A DNA stretch of 38,129 bases from Gemmatimonadales bacterium (GCA_041577295.1 JBFGJG010000042.1:1-38129), one strand, 5' to 3'; positions 9,268 through 18,641 are shown, counted from the first letter of the stretch. Notes: generated from the sequence alone by a model not told the origin. Made by a program: numbers and translations.

Positions 9268-9944
9268 TGCGCCGGGACGTGGCCAAGCAGATCGCGTGGT
9301 GCTGCCGCCGGATGGCTTCGGTCGGCCTGATCGCCGGTCAGGACGGTAACGTCGCCGTACGGGTGGGAGAGGGCCGGGCGCTGGTCACGGCGGCCGGGTT
9401 GCTGAAGGCGGAGATCACAGCGGAGGACATCGTGGAGGTGGATCTTTCCGGTCGGCACATCCGCGGGCACCGACGGGCCTCCAGCGAGCTGGACATGCAC
9501 CTGCGAATTCTAAAGAAGCGACCTGACGTTAATGCCGTGGTGCACGCCCATCCGCCGGTGGCAACCGGGTTTGGCGTGGCCGGTGAAGCGTTTGACGAAT
9601 GCGTGCTCCCGGAACTTATCTTCCAGGTTGGGCACGTCCCCCTGGTTCCATATGGAACGCCTGGCACCCCGGAGCTGGGTGACCAGATCGAGCCGTACCT
9701 CGGGGGGTTCAGCGTATTGGTCCTGGCCAATCACGGTGCGGTGGCCATGGGGGAGAGCCTGACGGAGGCGTTGATTCGCATGGAGAGTCTGGAGCACACC
9801 GCTCGGATCATATTGACTGCCAAGCTTTTGGGGCGAGTAACCCCCCTTGAGCGATCCCAGGTCGAGCGGCTTGAGGTCCTGCGCCGTGGTCGCGATCTTG
9901 CAGGGCCGTACCCTGGGTGTCCCATCCCCGAATCGGAGGCTTAG
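9267..9944 (+). CDS. Class II aldolase/adducin family protein (FucA/MtnB-like)
   Basis: DGNVAVR, SSELDMH, VVHAHP, LANHGAV. ATG at 9267 overlaps the pyrC stop (TAATG). Confidence 0.88.
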   Translation: MRRDVAKQIAWCCRRMASVGLIAGQDGNVAVRVGEGRALVTAAGLLKAEITAEDIVEVDLSGRHIRGHRRASSELDMHLRILKKRPDVNAVVHAHPPVATGFGVAGEAFDECVLPELIFQVGHVPLVPYGTPGTPELGDQIEPYLGGFSVLVLANHGAVAMGESLTEALIRMESLEHTARIILTAKLLGRVTPLERSQVERLEVLRRGRDLAGPYPGCPIPESEA

Positions 9945-10772
9945 ATGGCGAAGGCTTCGCCCAGATCCACCGTCGAGATCCGCCGGCTGCTCGATGAGAA
10001 GCAGCGGATCGAGCGTTGGCTCGAGCGGCTTCGCATGTCCGCGGATAATACGCCCCAGCACGTCCGGGACAGGGTGGCGAACGACTATCGTAACCGGCTC
10101 GAAGGGGTGGTTGCCCAGCTCCAGAGCTACCAGGACGAGCTGGCTTCGGCACTCCAAGCCCACCTCGGGCGGCGCGAGGAGCTCCGCCAGGAGGAGGGCG
10201 CCGCAACCGAACGATTGTCGGAAGCAGAGCTGCGCCATTCCGTAGGCGAGTACGATGAGAACCGGTGGGCAGCGCTGCGGACCGATATCCTCGAACAGCT
10301 GGTTCAGGTCCGCGACAACCTCAAGGATGTCGAGGCGGAGATCAAAACGCTCGAGGGGGTCGTGTCGTTGCTCGAGCCGTCACGCGGGGCAGTGGGGGCG
10401 TTTGGTGATGAGGACGAGCTCGAGGAGCCCGCTTCGCCGCCGGAGCCACCGGCCCGTCGGCCGAGCGCTGTGGATCGCCAGCCCGAGCCGCTGGCCGAGG
10501 AGCTAGACGAAGATCAGACCGATGCGTTTGACGAACTCGCGTTCCTCAAGTCGGTGACCGGAGAGAAGCAGGCCGCCGGTCACGCGGCGCAGGCCGGTGA
10601 CGCGTCGGACATTCCGCTCGGGACGGAGGGGGTGAAGCATGCGTCATCGGGGGAGCGCGTGTCCGGCCGGACCTCGGCCAAGAAGACGCTCAAGTGTGTT
10701 GAGTGTGGGACGATGAACTTGCCAACCGAGTGGTACTGCGAACGCTGCGGCGCGGAGCTCGCGGCTCTATAG
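9945..10772 (+). CDS. Hypothetical protein: long N-terminal coiled coil, acidic/Pro linker, C-terminal zinc ribbon
   Basis: GGAGG RBS; heptad-rich helical N-half with ELRHSVGEY; C-terminal CVECG...WYCERCG. Confidence 0.8.
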   Translation: MAKASPRSTVEIRRLLDEKQRIERWLERLRMSADNTPQHVRDRVANDYRNRLEGVVAQLQSYQDELASALQAHLGRREELRQEEGAATERLSEAELRHSVGEYDENRWAALRTDILEQLVQVRDNLKDVEAEIKTLEGVVSLLEPSRGAVGAFGDEDELEEPASPPEPPARRPSAVDRQPEPLAEELDEDQTDAFDELAFLKSVTGEKQAAGHAAQAGDASDIPLGTEGVKHASSGERVSGRTSAKKTLKCVECGTMNLPTEWYCERCGAELAAL

Positions 10773-10782
10773 TCAGAACTCC

Positions 10783-11037
10783 CTACCCGGTCTTTCCTAC
10801 CACCTTTGCCAAGCGGCGCTTGTTTCGGGCGGCTGCATTCTTCTTGATCAGGCCCTTTCGAGCTGCCCGGTCCAGCGCCCGCTGGGCGTGCTGGAAGGCC
10901 GTCTGCGCCGCCTCGGGCGTTTGGGCCGTCCGGACTTGTTTCATGGCGTTTCGCACGGCAGACCGCTCGGCTCGATTCCGGATCCGTCGCTTAATCGACT
11001 GCCGCATGCGTTTCTTTGCTGAAGCGATTCTAGGCAC
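10783..11037 (-). CDS. rpsT: 30S ribosomal protein S20
   Basis: PRIASAKKRMRQ...NRAERSAVRNAMK...LDRAARKGLIKKNAAARNKRRL. TAAGGAG lies 5 nt before the GTG at 11037. Confidence 0.96.
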   Translation of the reverse strand: MPRIASAKKRMRQSIKRRIRNRAERSAVRNAMKQVRTAQTPEAAQTAFQHAQRALDRAARKGLIKKNAAARNKRRLAKVVGKTG

Positions 11038-11085
11038 CACAACTCCTTAGCGAACCGTTGAGTCGAACCCGAAAACGGGTCGGGA

Positions 11086-11114
11086 AGTCTATCGCGCAAG
11101 TGCTGTTGAGTCAA
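11086..11114 (-). promoter_or_regulatory. Putative sigma70 promoter of rpsT
   Basis: Minus strand TTGACT-17 nt-TAGACT. The predicted leader carries the hairpin ACCCG-TTTT-CGGGT (11067-11080). Confidence 0.65.
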
Positions 11115-11126
11115 GGGACTACGCCT

Positions 11127-11155
11127 TTGACACTGGTCACGGCCTCCGTTACCTT
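11127..11155 (+). promoter_or_regulatory. Putative sigma70 promoter upstream of scpA
   Basis: TTGACA (11127-11132)-17 nt-TACCTT (11150-11155), back-to-back with the rpsT promoter. Confidence 0.65.
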
Positions 11156-11311
11156 TCTGCCCCAACAACGCAAGCGGAACACGCCTTTGCGTGCTCCCAT
11201 GGGATTCGACGGTCCGCGGTAATCGCTTTCGTTTCACTGGGGATTCACAGGCTTCAGCGTGCCGCGTCGGGCCCTCGCAGGGAGCGCGCGTGCTCGGCCA
11301 ATTGCCCGGGA

Positions 11312-12067
11312 GTGATGTCATTGTCCGCAGTTAGCGCACCGCCGGTCGTCGCGACGAGCGACACGCCGTTCATCGTTCGTCTGGACGCGTTTTCCGGACC
11401 GCTCGACCTTCTGTTGCATCTCATTCGGCACCAAGAGATCGACATCACAGACATCCCAATCGCACAGATCGCCGACCAGTTCCTGGAGGCGATCGATGCA
11501 TTGGGGCTCAACGAGGCCGCCGACTATCTGGAGATGGCAGCGCGGCTGCTTCGGATAAAAGTGCAGATGTTGCTCCCCCGGCCGTTCGATGAGGACGATT
11601 GGGAGGATCCCCGTGCCGAGCTCGTCCGTCGTCTGTTGGAGTACGAACAGATCCGCGAGTTGGCGACGTGGCTCTCGACCCAAGTTGAGCTGCGTGCGGA
11701 TCGCTTTCCGCGAGGGTGGGTCCAACCACTGCCTCAGCCCGAGCCGCCACCTTTGGTGCTCGACTTGACGGAACTGGTGGCTGCTGTTGAGCGTGTGATC
11801 GAGGCGATGCCGCAACCGGTCGTCCATCGCGTGATTCCACGGCCGCTCGACGTCGAGGGTGCAACCCGCCGGATCCTGACGGTGCTCGAAGAGCGCGATC
11901 GGCTCGACTTTCGCGAATTGTTTGACGAGCGCCCGACTGTTGCAGACGTGATCTCTGCGCTCATCGCTCTCTTGGAGCTCGCGCGCGTCGGCCGACTGCT
12001 ACTCACACAAGAACTTCAATTTGGAGCTCTGACGATCGCTCGTGAACCGACGCACGCAGCTGCTTGA
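11312..12067 (+). CDS. scpA: Segregation and condensation protein A (kleisin)
   Basis: FSGPLDLLLHLIR...IDITDIPI...YLEMAARLLRIKVQMLLP, DPRAELVRRLLEYE, LIALLELAR. Confidence 0.95.
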   Translation: MMSLSAVSAPPVVATSDTPFIVRLDAFSGPLDLLLHLIRHQEIDITDIPIAQIADQFLEAIDALGLNEAADYLEMAARLLRIKVQMLLPRPFDEDDWEDPRAELVRRLLEYEQIRELATWLSTQVELRADRFPRGWVQPLPQPEPPPLVLDLTELVAAVERVIEAMPQPVVHRVIPRPLDVEGATRRILTVLEERDRLDFRELFDERPTVADVISALIALLELARVGRLLLTQELQFGALTIAREPTHAAA

Positions 12068-12590
12068 AGCCGCCCTATTCTCTGCATCCCGGCCACTCTC
12101 GCTGGATGATCTGCAGCGACTAGATCCAGACGCAACGGCCGAGGAAGTCGCGGCATCGGTCGACGAGCTCAGACACCACTATCAAGCCGGTGAACATGGG
12201 ATCGTGCTCGTCGAGGTGGCGGGTGGGCTTCAGCTCTTGTCGCGGCCGGAGTTTGGTGAGGCGATCGCGGAAGCGCAGATTGTCACGCGACCCCGCAAGC
12301 TCTCGGCGGCCGCGTTAGAGACGTTGGCGGTGATCGCGTATCGCCAGCCGGTCGGACGGGCGGAGGTCGAGGAGATTCGCGGCGTTTCCGTGGAGGGAGT
12401 GCTTCGTTCCCTGCAGGACCGGGGGTTGATCGACGTGGTCGGGCGAGCTGAGGGGATGGGGCGGCCGCTACTCTATGGCACCACGATGGCGTTCCTGGAG
12501 CTGTTGGGACTGCGCGGCCTGGAGGAGCTACCTCGGCTTGAGGAGCTGTCGGTGGCATTACGGCCACTGGCCGAGATGGTCGAGCAGTGA
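12042..12590 (+). CDS. scpB: Segregation and condensation protein B
   Basis: LEAALF, LVEVAGG, LSAAALETLAVIAYRQPVGRAEVEEIRGV, GRPLLYGTT. Confidence 0.96.
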   Translation: MNRRTQLLEAALFSASRPLSLDDLQRLDPDATAEEVAASVDELRHHYQAGEHGIVLVEVAGGLQLLSRPEFGEAIAEAQIVTRPRKLSAAALETLAVIAYRQPVGRAEVEEIRGVSVEGVLRSLQDRGLIDVVGRAEGMGRPLLYGTTMAFLELLGLRGLEELPRLEELSVALRPLAEMVEQ

Positions 12591-13312
12591 GCTCAATGCG
12601 GTTGCAGCGCGCCCTCGCCCGCGCTGGAGTCGCGTCGCGGCGGCGTTCGGAAGACTTGATTCGGGCTGGACGGGTCTATGTTAACGGCGAGGTTGCACAC
12701 ATCGGGATGAGCGTCGATCCCGATCGCGACGTCGTCACGGTTCGCGGCAAACGGGTACGTCCGGCGGCGGTGAGGTGGGTGGCCCTACACAAGCCGATTG
12801 GCTACGTCGTTACTCGGAAGGATCCGCGAGGCCGTCCAACCGTTTTTCAGCTGGTTCCTGACATCCCCGGATTGACGTACGTCGGTCGGCTCGACGTGAT
12901 GACGTCTGGTCTCCTCCTCATGACGACCGATGGTGAGGTGGCGAACCGGCTCATGCACCCCCGCTACGCGGTCGAGCGATCGTACCGGGCGCGGGTGCAT
13001 GGCAAGGCTCCCGATGCCATTCAGCAGGCGCTTCGGCGCCCCGTGTTGGTCGACGGACGTGCGGTGCAAATCATCCGGCACCGGGTTCGCTCCCTCGCAA
13101 ACGGAGAGAGCGAGCTGCTGCTGACGCTGGCAGAGGGTCGTTACCGGATCGTCAGACGGCTTTGCACCCAGCTTGGTCTCAAGGTGGCGCAGCTGGTTCG
13201 ATTGACTCACGGACCGGTGCGTCTTGGCCGGCTTCCGGCAGGTCAATGGCGAGATCTTACACCACGTGAAATCCGCGCCCTCGGTACTGCGGGCGCCGCT
13301 GTGTTATCGTGA
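12587..13312 (+). CDS. rluB: rRNA pseudouridine synthase, RsuA/RluB family
   Basis: S4 domain RLQRALARAGVASRR; HKPIGYV; catalytic VGRLD; HPRY; classic scpA-scpB-rluB order. Confidence 0.88.
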   Translation: MSSMRLQRALARAGVASRRRSEDLIRAGRVYVNGEVAHIGMSVDPDRDVVTVRGKRVRPAAVRWVALHKPIGYVVTRKDPRGRPTVFQLVPDIPGLTYVGRLDVMTSGLLLMTTDGEVANRLMHPRYAVERSYRARVHGKAPDAIQQALRRPVLVDGRAVQIIRHRVRSLANGESELLLTLAEGRYRIVRRLCTQLGLKVAQLVRLTHGPVRLGRLPAGQWRDLTPREIRALGTAGAAVLS

Positions 13313-13318
13313 GGTGGC

Positions 13319-14953
13319 ATGGACTTAGAGAAGAAGCGGATACTCATTCTGGGAGGCAGTGGCCTGGTCGGCCAGGCCGTAGCGAGGCGACTCTTGGACT
13401 TTCGCCCGGCTACCCTCGTCCTCGTTGCCCTTCGGGAATCCGAAGTCCTTGCCGCGGCCGATGCTCTTGCCCCGTTTGCGGGTGAGACCGCGATTGAAAC
13501 GGCGTGGGGCGATGTGTTCCTTCCGGCGTCGGTCGCGCAACAGGGCCGCCGTGCGGTGCTCAAAAACCCCGAGTTGCGTGCGCTCGTCATTCAGGATTTG
13601 CTCGATGATCTGAACCAGGGCATTTTGGAGCGAAGTTTTCTCTATCAACTATTCCGTCGGTTCGAGCCGCACGCCGTGGTCGATTCCATCAACACCGCCA
13701 CGGCGTTTGCGTATCAGGATGTTTTCTCGAGCACGCGCCGCCTGCTCGCCGACAGCGCAACCCAGCCTGTGCCGCGTGAGGCGATCGAAGCGCACGTCCT
13801 CACGATCCCCGTGCCTCAACTCATCCGACACATGCAGATTATGGTCGAGGGACTGCGCGCCGTCGGCACCCAAGGATACGTGAAGATCGGTACCAGTGGG
13901 ACCGGTGGTATGGGGTTCAACGTACCCTACACCCATTCAGAGGAGCGGCCGTCTCGCACGCTCCTGACAAAATCCGCGCTCGCCGGCGCGCACTCGTTGC
14001 TGCTCTTTTTGCTCGGCCGGACGCCGCACGCTCCGGCCACCGTCGAGATCAAGCCGACGGCCACCATTGCGTGGAAGGACATCTGTTACGGCCCGGTTCG
14101 TCGGTATGGCGCACAAGTTCCCAGGTTTGACTGTCCGGAGCCGTTACCTGCGACGGAAGCGTTCGGCGGAGCCGCAACGGGGTGGCGCGAGACGGGAGAC
14201 GTCGTGGAGTCAGTGTTTGCCGACGTCGGAGAGAACGGCGTCTTCGCGCGCGAAGAGTTCGAAACGGTGACCGCTTTGGGTCAGATGGAATTCATCACGC
14301 CGCAGGAGATTGCCGAATACGTCGTGATGGAATTGCAAGGTCGGCCCACGGGCCGCGATATCGTCACTGCCCTCGATTCCGCCACCGCCGGTCCCACCTA
14401 TCGTGCAGGTCTGCTACGAGACGCCGCGTTAGAGCGACTGCGCGCGTTGGAGCGTGAGCACGGCGTGTCGTCAGTTGCTTTCGAGATGCTCGGGCCCCCG
14501 CGGCTCACCAAGCTGCTGTACGAGGCGCACATCTGGGGACAGCTGCGTCAGACCGTTCGGGAGCTGGCTGAAGCCGACCCGGCGACGTTGGCAGAAGAGG
14601 CAGCCGCCCTGCTCTCACGGGATGCGGATCTTCGTTCATTGATCATTTCTATTGGTCTTCCCGTGATCCTTCCCGGGGCCAAGGTTTATAGAGGTAGAGA
14701 CGTCTTGATGCCGCCTGACGGTGGCGATCTCGACGGGGCGGCGGTGCGGGGCTGGGTGGATTTGCGCCCTGAGAATTGCGCCGTGTGGGTATCGCGGGCA
14801 CGCCAGGTGGTGGCACAGGCGCGTGAACGGGTGGTCGAGCATGGCAGCGGGATCGATGTCAATGCCATTGCCGGAGACGATCCCATCCGCCCATCCCGAT
14901 TCGCGACGTGGGTCTTTCGGCACGAAGACGATGGCGAACGCATCAAACGCTAG
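13319..14953 (+). CDS. Uncharacterised Rossmann-fold (SDR-like) protein, 544 aa
   Basis: GAGGTG RBS; ILILGGSGLVG nucleotide-binding motif; conserved-looking block YVKIGTSGTGGMGFNVPYTHSEERPS. Confidence 0.75.
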   Translation: MDLEKKRILILGGSGLVGQAVARRLLDFRPATLVLVALRESEVLAAADALAPFAGETAIETAWGDVFLPASVAQQGRRAVLKNPELRALVIQDLLDDLNQGILERSFLYQLFRRFEPHAVVDSINTATAFAYQDVFSSTRRLLADSATQPVPREAIEAHVLTIPVPQLIRHMQIMVEGLRAVGTQGYVKIGTSGTGGMGFNVPYTHSEERPSRTLLTKSALAGAHSLLLFLLGRTPHAPATVEIKPTATIAWKDICYGPVRRYGAQVPRFDCPEPLPATEAFGGAATGWRETGDVVESVFADVGENGVFAREEFETVTALGQMEFITPQEIAEYVVMELQGRPTGRDIVTALDSATAGPTYRAGLLRDAALERLRALEREHGVSSVAFEMLGPPRLTKLLYEAHIWGQLRQTVRELAEADPATLAEEAAALLSRDADLRSLIISIGLPVILPGAKVYRGRDVLMPPDGGDLDGAAVRGWVDLRPENCAVWVSRARQVVAQARERVVEHGSGIDVNAIAGDDPIRPSRFATWVFRHEDDGERIKR

Positions 14954-14968
14954 GCGGCGCACTCGAAC

Positions 14969-15958
14969 ATGAAAGGTGAAGGCATGACCTCGCGTGCCGT
15001 TGCGACGGGTGAAGCGCCCGTTACCAACGCGATCATCGATGAAGTCTCAAAGCGGGTGGTCGGCCAGGAGATGATGGTCGAGCGACTGCTCGTGGGATTG
15101 CTCGCGGGTGGCCACCTTCTCCTGGAGGGTGTTCCCGGGCTCGCGAAAACGCTGGCTGTCAGAACCCTGGCCGAGACCATCCGCACGACCTTTCAACGCA
15201 TTCAATTCACGCCCGACCTGCTTCCAGCGGACGTCATCGGGACGATGGTGTTCGATCAGCGCACCGGTGACTTCCATCCCAAACGAGGTCCCCTATTCGC
15301 GAACATCGTACTCGCGGACGAGATCAACCGGGCACCAGCCAAAGTGCAGTCGGCGTTGCTGGAGGCGATGCAAGAGAAGCAGGTGACGATCGGCGGCGAG
15401 ACGTATGCACTGTCCGAGCCCTTCCTAGTGTTGGCCACCCAGAACCCCATCGAACAGGAAGGCACGTACCCGCTGCCGGAGGCACAGCTCGATCGGTTCA
15501 TGCTAAAGATCCGCGTGGGCTATCCAACGCGCGATGAGGAGAAGGAGATCCTCTGGCGGATGGCAGGGGGGCAACCCATACCCGTTTCTCGCGTGGCGGA
15601 TCCCGACGAGATCTTGGCGCTACGCCGGACCGTGGCCGAACTGTACATGGATCAAAAGATCGTGGACTACGTGGTGGATATCGTGCGGGCCACGCGCGCA
15701 CCGCAGGCGGTCGGGCTCCACGATGTCCGCGCGCTCATCGCGTACGGGGCGAGCCCGCGTGCCTCGATTTATTTGGCGCAAGCGGCGCGCGCGCACGCGT
15801 TTGTCCGAAGCCGTTCCTACGTCATCCCGGAAGATGTGAAGGCGATCGCGCCCGATGTCCTACGGCATCGCGTCTTGCTCACCTTTGAAGCCGAGGCCGA
15901 AGACGTTACGTCGGATGACATCATTGCCAAGGTTCTGGAGGCGGTAGACGTTCCGTGA
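14969..15958 (+). CDS. moxR: MoxR-family AAA+ ATPase
   Basis: HLLLEGVPGLAKT, RIQFTPDLLPAD, LADEINRAPAKVQSALLEAMQE, ATQNPIEQEGTYPLPEAQLDRF, GASPRA. Confidence 0.96.
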   Translation: MKGEGMTSRAVATGEAPVTNAIIDEVSKRVVGQEMMVERLLVGLLAGGHLLLEGVPGLAKTLAVRTLAETIRTTFQRIQFTPDLLPADVIGTMVFDQRTGDFHPKRGPLFANIVLADEINRAPAKVQSALLEAMQEKQVTIGGETYALSEPFLVLATQNPIEQEGTYPLPEAQLDRFMLKIRVGYPTRDEEKEILWRMAGGQPIPVSRVADPDEILALRRTVAELYMDQKIVDYVVDIVRATRAPQAVGLHDVRALIAYGASPRASIYLAQAARAHAFVRSRSYVIPEDVKAIAPDVLRHRVLLTFEAEAEDVTSDDIIAKVLEAVDVP

Positions 15959-16851
15959 GGGTCGGGAGCCGCGCACTTAGCGCTGACGTTCTCCGCCAAG
16001 TCAAGACCATCGAGCTGCGCACCCGGCGTCTCGTCAACACGTTGTTTGCCGGTGAGTATCGCTCCGTGTTCCGCGGACAGGGCATGGAGTTCTCCGAGGT
16101 CCGCGCCTATCAGCACGGCGACGATTTTCGCTCGATAGACTGGAACGTGTCGGCGAGAATGGGCTCGCCGTTCGTCAAGATCTTCGAAGAGGAGCGTGAG
16201 CTCACGCTGCTGCTGGTGGTCGACCGCTCGGGTTCGTTCGAGTTCGGGTCGCCCCAGGCCAAGTCCGAGCTCGGCGTAGAGGTCGCTGCCGTGCTCGCGC
16301 TGGCCGCCGCGCGCCAGAACGATCGCGTCGGTGGCCTCATCTTCTCCACGGGCGTGGATCACGTAGTCAAGCCGGCGAAGGGTCGCCGCCACGCGCTTCG
16401 GGTCATTCGTGACCTGTTGGCGTTTCGGCCGCAGGACCGCGGGACCAACCTGGGAGCCGCGCTCGTCTACGCCTCGCGATTGCTCCGGCACCGGGGCGTC
16501 GTCGTCGTCCTTTCGGATTTTCGCGCGACGGGCTGGGAAGAGCATCTACAACGTCTAGCGGCACGAAATGACGTCGTGGCGATCACCGTCGACGATCCAC
16601 GGGAAGCGACGCTCCCCGAGTCGGGCTGGGTAGAGGTCCAGGATGCGGAAACGGGAGCTCGAACGCTCGTCGATACGTCTCACGAAGCGACCCGCCTCGC
16701 GTTGGCCATCGCGGCGGAGGAGCGGAGTCTCGCACGCGCGCGCGCGTTCAAGCAGGCACGCGTCGATCACATCGCCCTGCGCACCGATCAACCGTATGCT
16801 GAAGCACTGCACCGGGCATTCGCGGCGCGCGCCCGCAGATTGCGACGATGA
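15955..16851 (+). CDS. DUF58 / VWA-domain protein
   Basis: GEYRSVFRGQGMEFSEVRAYQHGDDFRSIDWNVSAR, VDRSGS, VVLSDF; typical MoxR partner. Confidence 0.93.
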   Translation: MRVGSRALSADVLRQVKTIELRTRRLVNTLFAGEYRSVFRGQGMEFSEVRAYQHGDDFRSIDWNVSARMGSPFVKIFEEERELTLLLVVDRSGSFEFGSPQAKSELGVEVAAVLALAAARQNDRVGGLIFSTGVDHVVKPAKGRRHALRVIRDLLAFRPQDRGTNLGAALVYASRLLRHRGVVVVLSDFRATGWEEHLQRLAARNDVVAITVDDPREATLPESGWVEVQDAETGARTLVDTSHEATRLALAIAAEERSLARARAFKQARVDHIALRTDQPYAEALHRAFAARARRLRR

Positions 16852-17660
16852 TGATCGCGACGCTCGTCTTGATGACGCAAGCCATCGGTTGGTCAGTCCG
16901 TCCCGCGGAACCGACCATCGGCGATACGATATGGGTCGACCGATTTGTGCGCGTGGATGCCGGTGCACATCCACGGTTGCTCCCGCTCGACCCAACGGCG
17001 GCGATCGAGCCGCTGCTCGATCCTACCGTCGCCCGGCGCGGCGACACGCTGACCATTCGGTACGCCTTGACGGTGTTCGAGCCCGGGCAGATCGCCGTGA
17101 CGCTGCCAGCGCTCGAAATCCAATACGCCGAAGGGCGGGCCGAGACGCTGCCAGCGGAAACGATCTCGGTGACCGTCGCGTCGGTCCTTCCGACACGAGA
17201 TCCGCTGCCTGCTCCCCAACCGTCGCTCGGCCCCCTCGCCCGTCGTCGCACGACGCCCGTTCCCCTCATTGTGCTCGTCACCGTCACCCTAGCCTCACTC
17301 ACAGTGTGGGGCGTGCGAAGGCGTTGGGTGCGGCCACGTCCCGCGTGGGCAGTGGAAGGGCGGGATGCGGTGACGATGCCGGTGGAGCGGTGGGCAGACG
17401 CCGGCGAATCACGCGCGGTGGCGACCGCGACCGCCGACGCACTGCGGCAAAATCTCGTCGACCTGCTCCCAGACGCGGGGCGCCACCTGAGCATTGAGGA
17501 ATGTGAACGCGTGCTCGCAAGCGAGCGGCCCGATTGGCCACGCCGCGAGATCGCCGAGATCCTGCGTGCGTTGGAGCGCGCCCGGTTCGCTCCCGCCGTT
17601 CCGGATGAGATCCTCGCGCTGGCACGCCGCGCCGAAGCCATCGCGGCCAAGCTCACATGA
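16848..17660 (+). CDS. Bat-operon membrane protein (Ig-like N-part, one TM helix, helical C-part)
   Basis: Lies between DUF58 and batA with ATGA overlaps; LTVFEPG...LPALEI; TM segment LIVLVTVTLASLTVWGV followed by RRR; ARFA motif. Confidence 0.7.
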   Translation: MMIATLVLMTQAIGWSVRPAEPTIGDTIWVDRFVRVDAGAHPRLLPLDPTAAIEPLLDPTVARRGDTLTIRYALTVFEPGQIAVTLPALEIQYAEGRAETLPAETISVTVASVLPTRDPLPAPQPSLGPLARRRTTPVPLIVLVTVTLASLTVWGVRRRWVRPRPAWAVEGRDAVTMPVERWADAGESRAVATATADALRQNLVDLLPDAGRHLSIEECERVLASERPDWPRREIAEILRALERARFAPAVPDEILALARRAEAIAAKLT

Positions 17661-18640
17661 TGCTCTTCGCGCGGCCCCTGCTGCTCCTGCTGCTCCTCGC
17701 CATCCCGCTGTGGTGGTGGTTCCGAAAGCGCCGAAGCCGCCCCACGGCGAGCTACAGCGACGTGAGCGAGCTAACAGGCGCGGCCAGCAAGCGCCGCTGG
17801 GTGGCCGGGATTCCGCCGGGACTCCGCACACTGGTGTTGGGCAGTTGGATTGTCGCCGCCGCTGGACCGCAACTCGGGGGGGCTGTGGTCGAGCGCACGA
17901 GCGAAGGCATTGCTATCGTCCTCGCGGTTGACGTCTCGAGCAGCATGCTCGCGGAGGACTTTGCTCCGTCCAACCGGCTCGACGTCGCCAAGGAGCAGTC
18001 CGTGGCGTTCGTGCGGGGACGAGAGTTCGATCGCATTGGGCTCGTCGCCTTTGCGGGAGAGGCGATCACCCGCCTGCCCATAACGGTCGACTATGCGGTT
18101 CTCGAAGAAGGGGTGCGCAGTCTCCGAGTGGGGGAGCTCGAGGATGGAACCGCCATCGGCACTGCGATCGCCACCGCCGCGAACCGACTCCGGCGGGCCC
18201 CAGGCGCCAGCAAAGTCATCGTATTGCTCACCGATGGGGAGAACACGAGGGGGATGCTCGATCCGCGGACCGCAGCGCAAGCGGCCGCATCCGTGGGCGT
18301 GAAAATCTACACGATAGGGGTAGGAACCGAGGGTGAAGCACCGCTGCCCATTGGTCGCGGTCCCCAGGGTCAGCTGCGGTATCAGACGTTACCAGTGCGG
18401 ATCGACGAAGAGCTGCTCCGAGATGTCTCCGACATCACCGGAGGCCGCTACTTCCGCGCCACGGATACGGGTGCACTGGGCCGCGTGTTCCAGCAGATCG
18501 ACCAGCTCGAGAAGACCCCCGTCGTGGTGACGCGTTACACGGAGTTTGACGAAACGTTTCGTCCGCTGCTCGTCATCGGATTGTTGGGCCTCATGGTCGA
18601 GCTCGTGCTCTCCGCCACGTACGTCGTTCGGGTACCATAG
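17657..18640 (+). CDS. batA: BatA-like VWA-domain membrane protein
   Basis: N-terminal FARPLLLLLL..IP; MIDAS DVSSSM; DRIGLVAFAG; GTAIG; LLTDGEN; IYTIGVG; C-terminal TM. Confidence 0.9.
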   Translation: MMLFARPLLLLLLLAIPLWWWFRKRRSRPTASYSDVSELTGAASKRRWVAGIPPGLRTLVLGSWIVAAAGPQLGGAVVERTSEGIAIVLAVDVSSSMLAEDFAPSNRLDVAKEQSVAFVRGREFDRIGLVAFAGEAITRLPITVDYAVLEEGVRSLRVGELEDGTAIGTAIATAANRLRRAPGASKVIVLLTDGENTRGMLDPRTAAQAAASVGVKIYTIGVGTEGEAPLPIGRGPQGQLRYQTLPVRIDEELLRDVSDITGGRYFRATDTGALGRVFQQIDQLEKTPVVVTRYTEFDETFRPLLVIGLLGLMVELVLSATYVVRVP

Positions 18641-18641
18641 C

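Noticed and set aside
11160..11311. SRP RNA or tmRNA in the rpsT-scpA spacer
   Set aside because: The SRP core (CAGG...GGAA...AGCAG) is absent on both strands. GGATTCGAC resembles the tmRNA 5' part, but the region is too short and has no tRNA-like 3' end.
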